NCBI GenBank assembly: GCA_951406725.2
Contig: OX597831.1
Coordinates: 7,440,001 to 7,504,000, forward strand
Source: Octopus vulgaris
Taxonomy: Eukaryota
Direction of reading: 5' to 3'
DNA length: 64,000 nt
Below the pieces are notes generated by a model. That model had not been told where the DNA came from, did not search any database, and was given only the letters and a program-made list of their open reading frames with translations. Of this stretch, positions 1-13,730 are shown piece by piece (the first letter of the stretch is position 1; each line of letters opens with the position of its first letter). A program made the position numbers and the translations under genes.

Positions 1-30
1 GAATCTTCGCCGCAGCGCCTGTGTAGTGTC

Positions 31-50
31 TGACGACACGTGTGACGTCA
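31..50 (+). promoter_or_regulatory. Candidate CRE half-site, E-box and full CRE cluster upstream of the CCAP start codon
   Basis: TGACG (31-35), CACGTG (37-42) and TGACGTCA (43-50) lie within 20 bp, about 430 bp before the ATG at 480. Function is inferred only. Confidence 0.4.
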
Positions 51-479
51 TTTGATGATTGACATACGGATATGAGAGAGGGTGGAGCAAGATATAAAAA
101 AAAAAATGGAGAATCCCGTAGACAATATGGGAGAAAGAAAGGAAAAATAAAAGAAAGAGAGAGAGAAAATGATAAAAATAAAGGGAGACAGAAAAATAAA
201 AGCGGAGGTGGAGTAATTTCTTTCTCCGCCTACGTTTTTCAATCTGCTTTGATATATAGGCAACACTTTTATTCTTCCCTAAGATAGTTCCAAGGAACAT
301 TGCTGTGTGAAGGAGACAGCATATATAACAAGAGCAATACTTGTAATAATAACAATAATAATAATAACTACTTGTAATAATAATAATAATAACAACAACA
401 GTAATAATAATAAATTTCTGTATAGTACTTAAAATATATTTCTCCCCACTCAAAGTTACATCTTTCAAGAAAGAAAACA

Positions 480-584
480 ATGGCACCCGGGTCGCGAGCT
501 GTTTGCCTGCTCGGTGTTTGTTACATTATTTTCATGTCCATGATAAGCCTCATAGCCAGTCAACCACAGTACGACCTAGACAAG
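480..584 (+). CDS. CCAP: CCAP precursor, first coding exon (signal peptide)
   Basis: aacaATGG start context; MAPGSRAVCLLGVCYIIFMSMISLIAS-QPQYDLDK has a hydrophobic signal-peptide core; strong phase-0 donor AAG|GTAGGT at 584/585. The link to the CCAP exon is inferred from strand and phase. Confidence 0.7.
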
Positions 585-810
585 GTAGGTAAAAAAATAC
601 CTTTACTATTTTCCACGATTTCAATGAAAGAATCTTTTTTGCAATCCCACGGTTTCTTTGCTGCTCGCGTCAAATCACATTTTCTTTCTTTTTTCTTTTT
701 TTTTTTTTTTTGTTACGTTTTAATTAGGGTGGGAGGAAAAGACAGGGCACACCTTCCCCCGTGACCCCTTTTTCCAGGGCCTCCGAGACTTGTGAGAGGG
801 AGGAGAATAT

Positions 811-1042
811 CTATTTCTTTACTACCTACAACGAGCTAAACACAGAGGGGACAAACAAGAACAGACAAATGGATTAAGTCGATTACATCGACCCCAGTGC
901 GTAACTGGTACTTAATTTATCGACCCCGAAAGGATGAAAGGCAAAGTCGACCTCGGTGGAATTTGAACTCAGAACGTAACGGCAGACGAAATACGGTTAC
1001 GCATTTCGCCCGGCATGCTAACGATTCTGCCAGCTCGCCGCC
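811..1042 (-). mobile_element. tRNA-derived SINE family A (Deu/Nin-like domain)
   Basis: Minus strand reads GGCGGCGAGCTGGCAGAATCG (A box) ... GAGTTCAAATTCC (B box) ... GCCTTTCATCCTTTCGGGGTCGATAAA; flanked by AGGAGAATATC/AGGAGATTATC TSD. Confidence 0.9.
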
Positions 1043-2025
1043 AAGGCAGGAGATTATCTTTAAACTGGAGACTGGGTCCCTATTGCCTGTACCAGAGACT
1101 GAACTCCGCTTCAGTCATACAAGGACCAAATGGTGGTGGTGGTGGTAATAAACCGTACAGCGGATTAAGTCTCCCACTGAAGTAAGAACTCTTCCACTAT
1201 TCTTGGACCGGTATTTATTTTATCGACTCCCAAAAAGATGAAAGGCAAAGTTGGCCACGGTGGAATTTGAACTCAAAGCAGAGACAGATAGAATAAGTAC
1301 CGCACGGCACTTTTGTCCTGCGCTCAAACGACGATCCTCCATCAAGTGGTTGGTGAGGAGAAATGGGACTCTCTTTAAAGTCCAATCATTTCTGAGACAG
1401 CACTTCGATGAAGAGGTCAAATGACCACCCATTAAGAGAGGAGTGTCCAGTCTTTTGATCGCCAAACTTTTGCCTGATTGGTTTGTTGAATTTTACGTTT
1501 TTTTCCTAAAAAAACTATTTTCTCATTAAAATAAAATTCAATCGTTTAAAAAAACAAAAGCTTATTTTCATTGCCTCTATTTTCATTTACGCTGTAAATT
1601 TAAACGATAAATTTCTGTAACTTAACGATGAAATGTCCGACAACGAAACATCCGGCTACGAAGATCCAGGACTACTAAATTGGACCGACGTCCGTCTGTC
1701 TTACACTTCTGGCAGCACCGTTCCACTCGCACTATTTTCTATATCATCATTGATTTCTAAATAATTAATCCGCTCTTATTAATGCAAACTTTGATTAGTT
1801 TGTCTCAGACGTCTTCTTTCCTTTTCTTGTCGGCTTTGGACTGGCGCTTGTTGCTGAAAGTCTCTTTACTTTTAACATCTGTGCATGTGCGCACTTACAT
1901 ACATCCACCCATACATACATACATACATACATACATGCACACATACATACACACGCATACATAGATACATACATACATACATACATACATACCCACACGC
2001 ATACATATACACATAGATGCAGACT

Positions 2026-2136
2026 AATTATTATTATTATTATTACTATTATTATTATTATTACTATTATTATTATTACTATTACTATTATTACTATTAT
2101 TACTATTACTATTATTATTATTATTATTACTATTAC

Positions 2137-2172
<36 letters not shown>

Positions 2173-2283
2173 TACTATTATTACTATTACTATTATTACT
2201 ATTACTATTATTACTATTATTACTATTACTATTATTACTATTATTACTATTACTATTATTATTATTATTATTATTACTATTAC

Positions 2284-2319
<36 letters not shown>

Positions 2320-2417
2320 TACTATTATTACTATTACTATTATTACTATTACTATTATTACTATTATTACTATTACTATTATTACTATTATTACTATTAC
2401 TATTATTATTATTATTA

Positions 2418-2461
<44 letters not shown>

Positions 2462-2488
2462 TATTATTATTATTATTATTACTATTAC

Positions 2489-2524
<36 letters not shown>

Positions 2525-2529
2525 TACTA

Positions 2530-2560
<31 letters not shown>

Positions 2561-2613
2561 TACTATTATTACTATTATTACTATTACTATTATTATTATT
2601 ATTACTATTACTA

Positions 2614-2644
<31 letters not shown>

Positions 2645-2668
2645 TATTATTATTATTATTATTATTAC

Positions 2669-2704
<36 letters not shown>

Positions 2705-2707
2705 TAC

Positions 2708-2755
<48 letters not shown>

Positions 2756-2793
2756 TATTATTATTATTACTATTACTATTATTGTTGTTGTTG
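2026..2793. repeat. About 770 bp (TAT/TAC)n trinucleotide array at the 3' end of a Dong-like LINE
   Basis: Seen directly; source of the poly-Y, poly-L and poly-N ORFs. Confidence 0.98.
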
Positions 2794-3358
2794 AATGAAA
2801 ACTCGCAGCTTATTTTGCTGGGTATGATGGAAAGTGTCAACTGTCCACAGCCAACAGACTAAGGTGACACTTGTTTACTGGTCATGCTTCAAAAACCCTG
2901 CGAAGAATTCTAGCAGTTCCAAACAATGCTGATTTTTGTAGGTGTTCCACCTTGACACTTGCACCAATCTTTCTCAGCCATGTTAATAGTTGAGTGCTGA
3001 TACTTCAAATAGTACCAATTACTATTGGTATCACGTCTACTCTCTTCATTGAGCACAACCTTCGTATTTCCCACTTCAAATCGTCATAGTTGTTCATTTT
3101 GTCTTTCACATTGATCCTGTTGTCACCGGGGCATGCTGGTCGATTATAATACATGTTCTTCCTTTTTTATTCACCACAACAATGTCCGGTTTCCGATGTC
3201 TGGTCAGGTGATCGCACTGGATCATTGCATCCTACAGGATTTTGCAATTCTCATTTTCGGTGACTCCTTCTGGAGTTTGCTCGTGCCTCTTCTTTGCTCT
3301 TTGTAGGCCATGATTTCTACAGAGCTCCCAAGGGATCATTCTTGCCACATTGTCATGT
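2794..3358 (-). mobile_element. R4/Dong-like non-LTR retrotransposon 3' fragment (restriction-like endonuclease)
   Basis: Minus-strand translation HDNVAR...ENENCKIL*D...RKPDIVVV...IID...KWEIRRL...VIPIVIG...LQKSALFGTARILRRVF*; bounded by (TAA)n and (TGA)n. Confidence 0.85.
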
Positions 3359-3399
3359 TATCATCATCATCATCATCATTATTTTTGTTATTATCATAC

Positions 3400-3660
3400 T
3401 TATACCAAAAATAATCGGCATGCATGGTTCTGTGAGTAAATGCCAAAATGACAATCTGGATAAGCTTCTGTTTTCAGTAAAGGAAGCCAATCCGCTGATT
3501 CACACATTACAAATGCAATCAGTAAGCGGAACAGTAAAAATATGTAAGACTTTTTAAAAGTTTAAAATGTGAAATCGTTTTCGTTGTTTACATTCTTCCA
3601 ACGATGGACCCTTACTTCTTTTTTAGAAACCAGCTTCTTCCTTCAAATAATTAAAACAGT
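3400..3660 (+). repeat. Old unclassified interspersed repeat (inverted copy at 49580-49840)
   Basis: GTAAGCGGAACAGTAAAAATATG-AAGACTTTTTAAAAGTTTAAAATG-GAAATCGTTTT and its flanks recur as the reverse complement at 49.6-49.8 kb. Confidence 0.75.
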
Positions 3661-3969
3661 AGGGAACATTACACACCTACATACTTTTACACGCACACGC
3701 ATACACAAGTTTCCTATTCTTTTATATGTTTTATTTATTGGGGGTGGGGGCTGAAACCTTGATATGGCACAACTGCCAGTGGCGCTTGGTTGACCGTTTC
3801 GACCCCAGTAATTAATAAAGCTTGGTATTTATTTTGTCGACACTGTTTACCGAACCGTTAAGTAATGCATGCGATATAAAGGGACGCATCTTGACAAGTT
3901 GCAAAAGTGTGCATGCAAAAACATACACACATACACAGACACACACATACACAGACACGCACAGACACA

Positions 3970-4012
<43 letters not shown>

Positions 4013-4355
4013 AGACACAGACACACATATACACACACATACACAGACACACATATACACACACACGCATACACACACGCATACACATACGCATACATGT
4101 ATGTATATATTGTTGTCATATTTTAGGAGAGTCATTCTACTAATTAATACACTCATTGATTGACCTTTACTCCTTTACTGTAATTTACTAATTAGTTAAT
4201 TAACAACAAAGAAATGAACTTCACACAAACAGTGTTCTTGTCTTTATTGGCAGACTGACCCTTCAAAAGTACAGCCATGTCTGTATCGACTGCAAGAAAC
4301 TTACGAAACAAACTAAAAAACCACATGCATGCATCCCCAACCCGCTACACGCACA

Positions 4356-4357
<2 letters not shown>

Positions 4358-4397
<40 letters not shown>

Positions 4398-4600
4398 TGT
4401 GTGTGTGTGAATGGTTATATAGATGTGTGTGAATGTGTTTATATAGATGCGTGTGTGTGTGTGAATGTGTTTATATAAATGTGTGTGTGTGAATGTGTTT
4501 ATATAGATGTGTGTGTGTGTGTGAATGTTTATACAGATGTGGGTGTGTGTGAATGTGTTTATATAGATGTATGCGTGTCTGTGTGTATGTGTGTGTACTT
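4358..4600. repeat. (TG)n-derived minisatellite, unit about GTGTGTGAATGTGTTTATATAGAT
   Basis: About 6 tandem units visible. Confidence 0.85.
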
Positions 4601-4701
4601 GTGCCTGTTCATGTGCTTATATATGTATACACATGTCAAATTCTAACATGCTAACTCGACGGTCATTGTAACTTCAACTGATCAAGGCTATTCTTGTATC
4701 T

Positions 4702-5135
4702 TCTTCTTACTCAAGCCCTTTTTCACTCCATGCGGAACAGAAGCCATTGACAACTTTTCTCCACTCTTCTCGACTCTGGGTTGTCTTTTCTATTTCTCTC
4801 CTGTTAGGGCCCTGTCTTTCCCATCCCCATGGTTTCATAATTCGTTTCAATGTTGCACGATGTTTTCCAAAGGGACGGCCTTCCTCTCCCAGGTCCTGTT
4901 GGTTTTTTAATTGCCATTGATGTTTCTGTAGCTTTGCATTTTTGCAAGTAGGGACATTGGTCCCACGCAAAACTTAAATCCATTTTTACCTCTGGGAGGC
5001 GGTAATCTATGTTAATCTAGTCTCTATCATTTGACCTGCCCAGCATGGAAGGCCGTAGCAGGAGCTTATGATCCGCTGGCATAGCTCTCAGGATCATTCA
5101 GGCACTCTAGCCACCACACCACAGCAAGGACTGGA
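4702..5135 (-). mobile_element. Internally deleted (bipartite) RTE-type element: 5' UTR-like segment joined to the 3' end
   Basis: Minus strand CCTTGCTGTGGTG...AATGATCCTGAGAGCTATGCC resembles RTE 5' UTRs; followed by GRP...W...QSREEWRKVVNGFC* and a (GAA)n tail. Confidence 0.6.
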
Positions 5136-5327
5136 CCTGGTTGATATCTGTATCAGGGTGAGGTAAACATTGTTGAACAATCTGTAACAAAATCAAAGGC
5201 ACGTCTAATAACTGAAGATCAAAAAGAAAAAAATAATTAATCTTAATTGGTATACGAGTGGGTATATATTTATAAAAAAGAAGTTTGAAAACGCCACTAT
5301 ATAAGATAAATTTTAATTTTCTTAGAA

Positions 5328-5375
5328 ATTTTACATGTTTCGGTTCTTCTTGAAAAAACGAACCTTATCAAAAAT
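5328..5375 (-). ncRNA. Degenerate type-I hammerhead ribozyme motif
   Basis: ATTT-TTGATAA-GGTTC..GAACC-GAAA-CATG-TA-AAAT: stems I, II and palindromic stem III present; two substitutions in the CUGAUGA core. Confidence 0.5.
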
Positions 5376-5601
5376 ATTTTAAAAAGTTAAGTGTAATAAA
5401 AAAATTTCATAATTGTTTCTTACTGGTCTCAACAGAATCCACGTGGTGGTTTTTTGCGGGGAGGAAGCATAATAGCTGTCTTATGTGTTGAATAAATTAA
5501 AGAAATGACCAGTGGCCGAAATAGCAGTAGCAGCAGTGACTGTTGGTCGTAGTAGTAGTAACCGTGGTGATGGTGGTGGGGGGTTGGAGTTGCAGCAGTT
5601 C

Positions 5602-5635
<34 letters not shown>

Positions 5636-6014
5636 TACTTGAGTGCTACCCGTCACACGACAGGCATCTTTGAAAGTATACTTTTGTCTCCATAGGGTAA
5701 TATTAGGAAATATGGCATTCATACAATAATTAAAATTTCACTTTTTTCAGATTTCTTTGTTTATACAAAATGATGAAATGAATATAATTTTCGAAGAAAA
5801 ATATTTTCTACTTTAAAATAAATTTAAATAAAGCAAATCTTTCATTTGCATAACTCCACCCACAACAACTTTGTCACTATTTACTCCTCCTCCCCCATTT
5901 TTATGAGTCTTTCTCTCTTACTCTGTATGTCTGATGTGTGTGTGCGTGTGTGTGTGTGTGTCTAGTGTGTGTGTGTGTCTGTTTGTCTGTCTGTATAAGC
6001 GTTCCTTTACTCAT

Positions 6015-6215
6015 TGACATACATGCATGCTAGATATGCAACTATATGCATGAGAATACATAAAGCAAAACATACAAGTCTGTCCACATACATACAAACA
6101 AACAAAAATACCCTGTTGTTGATGCTGAAATTCCAATGAAAGAGCCTTGGATCTAGGTTAGAAACCGACCCTTTCGCTATTGGCAAGAAATCTTGAAATA
6201 AAACTGAACAAAGAC
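6015..6215 (+). repeat. Interspersed repeat (inverted longer copy at 20755-21105), possibly Penelope-derived
   Basis: AAAAATACCCTGTTGTT...GAGCCTTGGATCTAGGTT-GAAACCGACCCTTTC...TTGAAATAAAACTGAA shared; contains a hammerhead-like CCAATGA...GAAACCGA remnant. Confidence 0.65.
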
Positions 6216-7624
6216 AAGCATACATATATTTGTGTTAGAAGACAACAGAAATAAACACAAGGAGAAAGGAACCAAACCTAAACGAGTAATCCTTTCTTTC
6301 TGTGTCTTCCTTCTCGCTTTTTCTTATTCTTTTAAAGATATCCAAGGTTCAAGGAAACTAAAAATCACTATAACAAAGGGAATTCTTACCCGAAATATTA
6401 GTTCTATTAGATATTTTAAGGTCATAATTCGATATCTTTGCTATTTTGATATTTAACCTCCTCACAACAATACTGTGGCCTTCTAAAACTGTTGTTTAAA
6501 AAGCAACAAATATATTGTAAATGATGTCACATTTATTTCTTGAATCAAACATATAAAATTGTTCGTCTCTGTTGGAAGATTTTTACAAGGCAGCCCCATG
6601 GATTACGAATCATCTAGAAGTTTGCAACAGACTTAGCTAATACAATAAAGAATAAGAAGAGCTCAAACTCTAACCTTAATCCTATTATTTAAAATGAAAT
6701 GAAAATAAAGAACATAAAAATGCCTGAAATGCATATGAGATGGTCACGGCTGAAGCATCTATGATTATAGGTCTGCTCAATAATAATTGACCTGGGATTA
6801 AACATTAACAAAAATGAAATAATTGAGATAGAGTCAACAGCCGTCAAGTTTCCCTCATTTAACATTCTGCCATTAAAAAAAAGAAAGATCACATTGTATG
6901 TAGTCCTAGATACACTGTTAAAGAATAAGAAAAAGTAGACGGGAAAGTCACGGCTGGAGCGCCTTTAAATGTCTTCTCAATAGGAATCGATTTTTAGAAT
7001 AAACAACAAGAACTTTAGTCAAAAAGAGAGATCACTCATGAGGGAGGTACTTTATAGTAGCTTGACTTGCTAAGAATAGCAAGTAAATATTCAATCCTGC
7101 TTCATAAAAATTGAAGGACACATTTTATAATATAATCCAGGGAACGATGGCCCCAAATGGAGCTCGTTGATTCATAGGTCTGCACAATCAACACTCTGTG
7201 TTACGACGAGGCAACGACAATACAAGAATCACTAAGACAACCAACGAAAGAACCTTAACGTGGTCGCTCGGCTGCTGGAAATAGCAACCAAATGTCCATC
7301 GGATCCATACATAGTGAATGCTTATTTGTCGAAAGCATACTCGTGAAAGAAAACAAAAAACCGTGAAGATATCGTGAGATTTGTGTTCCGGTTGATATCT
7401 GAGTGTTAAAACCGTTCGTATGTCTTTGACGGAAGGGTTCTTCCGTCGAAACATCAAGATTACTAGAACACCGACGTTAGCATCAAAATACTGCAAGACC
7501 GACATTTTTTTCATAGCTTGTTTTGAATTGCAGCAAATGCCCAGTTTTTTTTTTTTATATCGTTTGTAAGTTTTTCGCCTGTAACTATCGTCCGTGTACT
7601 TTCGCTAAGAATCTATTTATTCTT

Positions 7625-8109
<485 letters not shown>

Positions 8110-8292
8110 ATCAAGGAACAGAGAATGTATACTTATATCTTTTAGAAAATATCTGAATACCAACACATTGACTCTGTGTGTGTGTGTGCGCGCGTGCCTT
8201 TTGAATTTTCGTAAATGCCTAGTTTACAATGTAATTCGTTTGATTGACATCGATTCAGTTAGTTTGTGATGTCTTCCTTATTCAATAAAGGG

Positions 8293-8410
8293 AAGATGCG
8301 CTACCAAGTTGATGGACGACCTCTGGCGACTTCTTTGACAAGTGTTCTATGCTTGTCATGGAATTTCCCAGGGAGAATACGAAGATGGTTTCCGCTTTGC
8401 CTTCCTCTAA
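8293..8410 (-). mobile_element. RTE-derived SINE-type tail remnant
   Basis: Minus strand GGAAGGCAAAGCGGAAACCATCTTCGTATTCT...GTCGCCAGAGGTCG resembles the bipartite RTE (Bov-A-like) motif. Confidence 0.45.
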
Positions 8411-8674
8411 CTATAATATATTAGCGAAAGAATTAGAGTATTGATGCCTGTTACCTTACTTAACCGTAAACACGATTGTATTTAAACATTTTCTGTTGAT
8501 TTATTTAGTAGAAAACGTTGCTGTTTGTTTTAACAACAAAAAGACTTTGCTGGAAATAAATGAAAAAATTTCGTGGCGAACTTAAAAGCAAAAGGATATA
8601 ACTTAGATCTAAATCTGTTTGTGTTTCTTTTTGAATGTCATTCTGCTGTACTCCCATGCATGTGTGTGTGTGCA

Positions 8675-8838
<164 letters not shown>

Positions 8839-9016
8839 GCTGGTCGAAATTTCGAAGGTGTAAAATCGTTTTTATTATTACATAAAAACAAACATTAATA
8901 TATATATATTGTTTCGGTAGAGTCAACAACATTTTATTACTTTACGGAAATTTAACCCAGAACGTAAAGACGGACGAAATGCTGCTATGCATTTCATCCG
9001 GAGTGTTAATTTTGCC

Positions 9017-9082
<66 letters not shown>

Positions 9083-9083
<1 letters not shown>

Positions 9084-9382
9084 GACCTGGAAATAGAGGT
9101 AACTCGAATGTGGAGTCTGAAAACAGTAACAATTCCTGTCATAGTAGGCGCATTAGGTATGATAAAAAAATATTCACACAAATACATAACAAAAACACCA
9201 GGTCTAACAAACACATATAGCATACAGAAAATTGCACTACTAGGCACTGCACACATCCTACGTAGGACACTTTCAATACATCAAAAATAAGAGCACCACA
9301 ACAAAGCACAGCACATAGCCACGGCACACAGAGCTGCGCTCGGTAGTGCAGTGAAAGCACCTGATAAAAATAAGACTACTGA
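9083..9382 (+). mobile_element. R4/Dong-like LINE 3' end inside (TAA)n
   Basis: DLEIEVTRMWSLKTVTIPVIVGALG...IQKIALLGTAHILRRTL* plus 3' UTR, with (TAA)n on both sides. Confidence 0.88.
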
Positions 9383-9403
9383 ATAATAATGATGATGATG
9401 ATG

Positions 9404-9449
<46 letters not shown>

Positions 9450-9466
9450 GAAGAATAATAATAATA

Positions 9467-9910
9467 TACCACTGTTTTGTTTGTCAGTTGTTTGACCTTA
9501 ACCAGTTGAGCATGTCCCTTAGTGACTGACGATATGTGCATCTCTGATCACAAGCAGAAGTAGTTGGGGAGCATCATAGCCATGTGTTAAAAGGAATTCT
9601 TTGGGGGTTTGGATAATTCACATCTGGAAACATGGGTGTTTCGTTCAATATCTTTACACAACCCTTATTCGAGGACCTTTTGAGCGGGATGGGGTACTCG
9701 ACCTGAAGAAAATTCTAAACTGGGCCCCACCTGCAAGGTCATGCGCTGTTAATATTGATATGAGATCACCATGTCGGGCACATGTGGTTGTGATGCATGT
9801 TCCTGGTGTGCCCTTATCAGGCGGGTGATCATGATGGGTATATTGGGCTTCACATATTTTACCCCAGTGTCACTTTGATGGCAAGCACTGCTTTCTCACT
9901 CAATTGTAAT
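9467..9910 (+). mobile_element. Unclassified retroposon-like segment between (TAA)n and (TGA)n arrays
   Basis: Complex 440-bp block ending CTCACTCAATTGTAATAATGATGAT, embedded in trinucleotide arrays like the neighbouring Dong-like fragments. Confidence 0.4.
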
Positions 9911-9911
9911 A

Positions 9912-10027
<116 letters not shown>

Positions 10028-10030
10028 GAA

Positions 10031-10065
<35 letters not shown>

Positions 10066-10333
10066 GGATGATGATGATGATGATGATGATTTCAAACCAT
10101 CTAGAAAGTAACACTCTACATCCAGAAGAACAGAAAAGATGCAGGAAATCAATTAGGGCAACACAAGATCACCTATTAATTAATAAATGATAATTAAAAA
10201 TTGTAGACGCAGAATAATGGGACTGAATGTTGCATGGCTAGATTACAAAAACACATACGACATGGTATCACACAGTTGGATAAGTAAGAGAATGAGCAAA
10301 TTTGGAATAGGAAAAGACATTGAGAAAATGGTT

Positions 10334-10694
10334 GGAAGCACTCCGTCGGTTACGAATCAACGGAACAGCCTGCTGGTGACATTAACGTGTAAGTGGCTGA
10401 GCACTCCACAGACACGTGTACCCTTAACGTAGTTCTCGGGGATATTCAGCGTGACACAGAGAGTGACAAGGCCGGCCCCTTGAAATACAGGTACAACAGA
10501 AACAGGAAGTAAGAGTGAGAGAAAGTTGTGGTGAAAGAGTACAGCAGGGATCACCACCATCCCCTGCCGGAGCGTCGTGGAGCTTTTAGGTGTTTTCGCT
10601 CAATAAACACTCATAACGCCCGGTCTGGGAATCGAAACCGCGATCCTATGACCGCGAGTCCGCTGCCCTAACCACTGGGTCATTGCGCCTCCAC
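10334..10694 (-). mobile_element. SINE family B, body type 1
   Basis: tRNA-like head GGAGGCGCAATGACCCAGTGGTTAGG...GGTTTCGATTCCC; exact 13-bp TSD TGAGAAAATGGTT (10321-10333 and 10695-10707). Confidence 0.93.
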
Positions 10695-11122
10695 TGAGAA
10701 AATGGTTAATGAAAGCATGAAACATCGGAATACTGAATTGATCGGAGGAAAACAAAAACTCCATAAAGTAAACATCAGACATGGAATATTCCGAGGTGAT
10801 AGCTTATCTCCATTGCAATTCGTATTGGCCATGAAACCGTTCACTATGATACTACGAAAAGTTAAAATTGCTTAAAGGAAATGGTCAGATAAATCATCTA
10901 CTTTTCATGGGTGATATAAAGGTTTATGCGAAATATGAGAAACTGCTTGAAAGTCTTGTACATACTATCTACATTTTCTCAAATGGCCTAGGTATGGAAT
11001 GTGGGAATGCAAAGTACACTATATTGAAAATGAAACGAGAAAGATTTGAAAGAAGCCAAGGAACTGTGATGCCAAATGGGCAAACAAAGAGAGCGGTTGA
11101 GAAAGGACAGTGGTATAAGCAA

Positions 11123-11353
11123 GGCGGCAAGCTGGCAGAAACGTTAGCACGCCGGGCGAAATGCTTAGCGGTATTTCGTCTGCTGCAACGTTCTGAGTTC
11201 AAATTCCACCGAGGTCGACTTTGCCTTTCATCCCTTCGGGGTCGATTAAATAAGTACCAGTTACGCACTGGGGTCGATATAATCGACTTAATCCGTGTGT
11301 CTGTCCTTGTTTGTCCCCTCTGTGTTTAGCCTCTTGTGGGTAGTAAAGAAAAA
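11123..11353 (+). mobile_element. SINE family A
   Basis: Full-length copy; TSD GGTATAAGCA/GGTGTAAGTA. Confidence 0.9.
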
Positions 11354-12025
11354 GGTGTAAGTACTTTGGAATACAGGAAATAGATTAGATAAAAAATGAA
11401 GAGATGAAGCAAATTACCAGTGGTGAGTTCACAAGGAGAATCAGAAAATTATTGCAGGCAAAAATCTTCTTGAAGCAATAAATTGAGGAGCAGCACCTTT
11501 TATCAGATATGAAGCTGATATAATAGACTGGAACAGAATCGAAGTAAAGAAACTTGAGAGAAAACCTAGGAAGTTGTTGACGATGTAGGGAGCCTACCAT
11601 CCCAAAACACTACAAGTTGTGACGACACGACATGATCAGGCAGTGAAAGTACTACATGAGAAACTGCGAAAAGTGGGAGCTAGAGAGAGGCAAGGCGTGG
11701 TGTGAGCACAAACCGCAGAGAGTGGCGGAGTCGAAGACTAGCAAAATCCTCTGGGATTTCCCTATCCAAACAGATTAGGTGCTGGAGCATAACTGACCGA
11801 ACCTAGTGGTGGTGGACAAGGTGCACTACATGTGCTATATAGTTGATGTTGCATGCCACTCCCTTTGATACGCGGATAGTCAAGAAGGAAGGCGTAAAGA
11901 TAGATACAACCCTCTTAAGAATGAAATAGCCAGGTTATGGAAAATGAAGAAGGTGAAAACAGTGCCAATTACTGTTGGGTCCTTGGGGACCGTATCAGAA
12001 GGCATCAAGAGGAATATAAAGAAAA

Positions 12026-12027
<2 letters not shown>

Positions 12028-12058
<31 letters not shown>

Positions 12059-12305
12059 TGGGTGGTGGTGGTGGTGGTGGTGGTGGTGGTGGTGGTGGTG
12101 GTGGTGGTGGTGGTGGTGGTGGTGGTGGTGGTGATGATGATGAAGAAGAAGAAGAAGAAGAAGAAGAAGAAGAAGAAGAAGAAGAAGAAGAAGAAGAAGA
12201 AGAAGAAGAAGAAGAAGAAGAAGAAGAAGAAGAAGAAGAAGAAGAAGAAGAAGAAGAAGAAGGCGATAATGCTGATGATGATGGTGGTGGTGATGATGAA
12301 GATGG
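12028..12305. repeat. Compound (GAT)n(GGT)n(GAA)n microsatellite
   Basis: Seen directly. Confidence 0.97.
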
Positions 12306-12860
12306 TATAGACTTCTTTTATTTGCCAGCAAGGCAATGGACGAATGGGAGATACATAGTCATAATGGCATTTATTTATTCCACAGACACAAGCAGAATAA
12401 CGGTCTCCTAATTAAATTCACGCTTCCGAGACAAACAGCATGAGATGATATTTTGTCTACAATGACACGGCAGCGAAAAAATACAACGTGTAAAGTTTAA
12501 ATTCGTGTTGGTCACCATTTGCATTCAGCCGAGAAGTAGGTTTGCATTTGTTCTACTTTTCTTTGAATAACCTGTTTAGTCTCATCGGAAAAGTTTCTTC
12601 TAGAAACTGATTTTCCAAGTTAAAATAATAGAAATATCGAAATGCCGCTTCAGTAATTCGATCATCTTTCAGAAAGAAAACAGATACCGTTTGCTGCAGA
12701 TCACGCGGGATTTGGTTTAAACGTGACTTGCGACTAATTCTTCTTTGCTGTAATGATATAAAGTCACTGATTTCTCCTGGCTTGATGTCGAAACTGACAT
12801 TTCTTAACCGCAAATCATAAATGCACGGTTAAAGAATATCGCTAAGGAAGATTGAAGTAT

Positions 12861-12920
<60 letters not shown>

Positions 12921-13364
12921 CGCACGCACGCACACACGCATGTAGAAGGCAATTTATGAGTGAGAAAAGAAAAAAGAATGAAAGAAAAACAATAAAAATG
13001 ATTGTACAGCCAATGTACTTAGACTGTGAAGGGAAGGAAGAGATATCGACGCTTCGGACAATTGCTTCTATGTAAAAGAAGAAACAAATTGTGGAGTAGA
13101 AAACTATGCTAGAGAAACAACATAATAATAAAATGTAGTTGACAATATAAGAACAAAAAACAAAGACAAAAAGAAGACTGTTCAGTGTATCTTCATATGT
13201 GTGTCTACGTAGTTGTTGTTGTTATTGTTCGTGTTAGTCGCCATTTGCATTCAGCTCAAATACGTTCGAATTTGTTCAACTTTTCTTTAAACAACGGTTT
13301 GAATAATTGTTGTTGATATTGTTGTGGTTATTGTTATTGTTATCAATGCCGTTGTTGTTGTTGT

Positions 13365-13730
13365 TTTTATTCTTGTTCTTTATCCCCTGGTTGGTCCGGG
13401 ACAGACTTATGAACGAAGACGTTCCAGCCATACCCATACCATATTTTATTACAGAGAACATGATCCAATGTTTTCTTTCCTTGAGTGCAATTTTGGAGGA
13501 GATTTGGCTCCTATTTCTTGTAGGTCGGATGCCTACACAGTGACTCTCGCGTTGGTTCAAATACCACCGTTTCAAGCCAAATTTAACTGAGCAAACCTAC
13601 GCCCGAAGACATATCAACCATCACCATCCCGTTTTACTTAATATAATGTCCCTCTCTAAGACTTGATTATTATAATTTAAGCTATGATTCGAGGGAGAGC
13701 GGGGCGTTATTTCTAACAGATCAAGGCTCC
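13365..13730 (+). repeat. Old repeat family D (also about 6735-6960 -, 7020-7190 -, 51105-51300 +, 51655-51750 -)
   Basis: Shared motif GCAGACCTATGATCAAA..TTCCAGCCGTGACCA-CCCGT and GATTTGG.TG.TATTT. Confidence 0.6.

Larger units (their letters stand above)
10092..12027 (+). pseudogene. R4/Dong-like LINE, decayed RT plus endonuclease, interrupted by two SINEs
   Basis: EEQKRCRK...QDHLLINK, AWLDYKNTYDMVSHSW, GIFRGDSLSPLQF, INHLLFMGDIKVYA, KILWDFPIQTD, EIARLWKMKKVKTVPITVGSLG; stops and frameshifts; (GAT)n at both ends. Confidence 0.9.

Noticed and set aside
897-1148. Recurrent MRNWYLIYRPRKDERQSRP ORF family (also 10969, 48016, 57366, 57652)
   Set aside because: Antisense reading of SINE family A, not a protein family.
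2017-2862. 281-aa poly-Y/poly-L ORF and the many YI, CV, HT and MYVC ORFs
   Set aside because: They are translations of microsatellites, with no splice or domain support.
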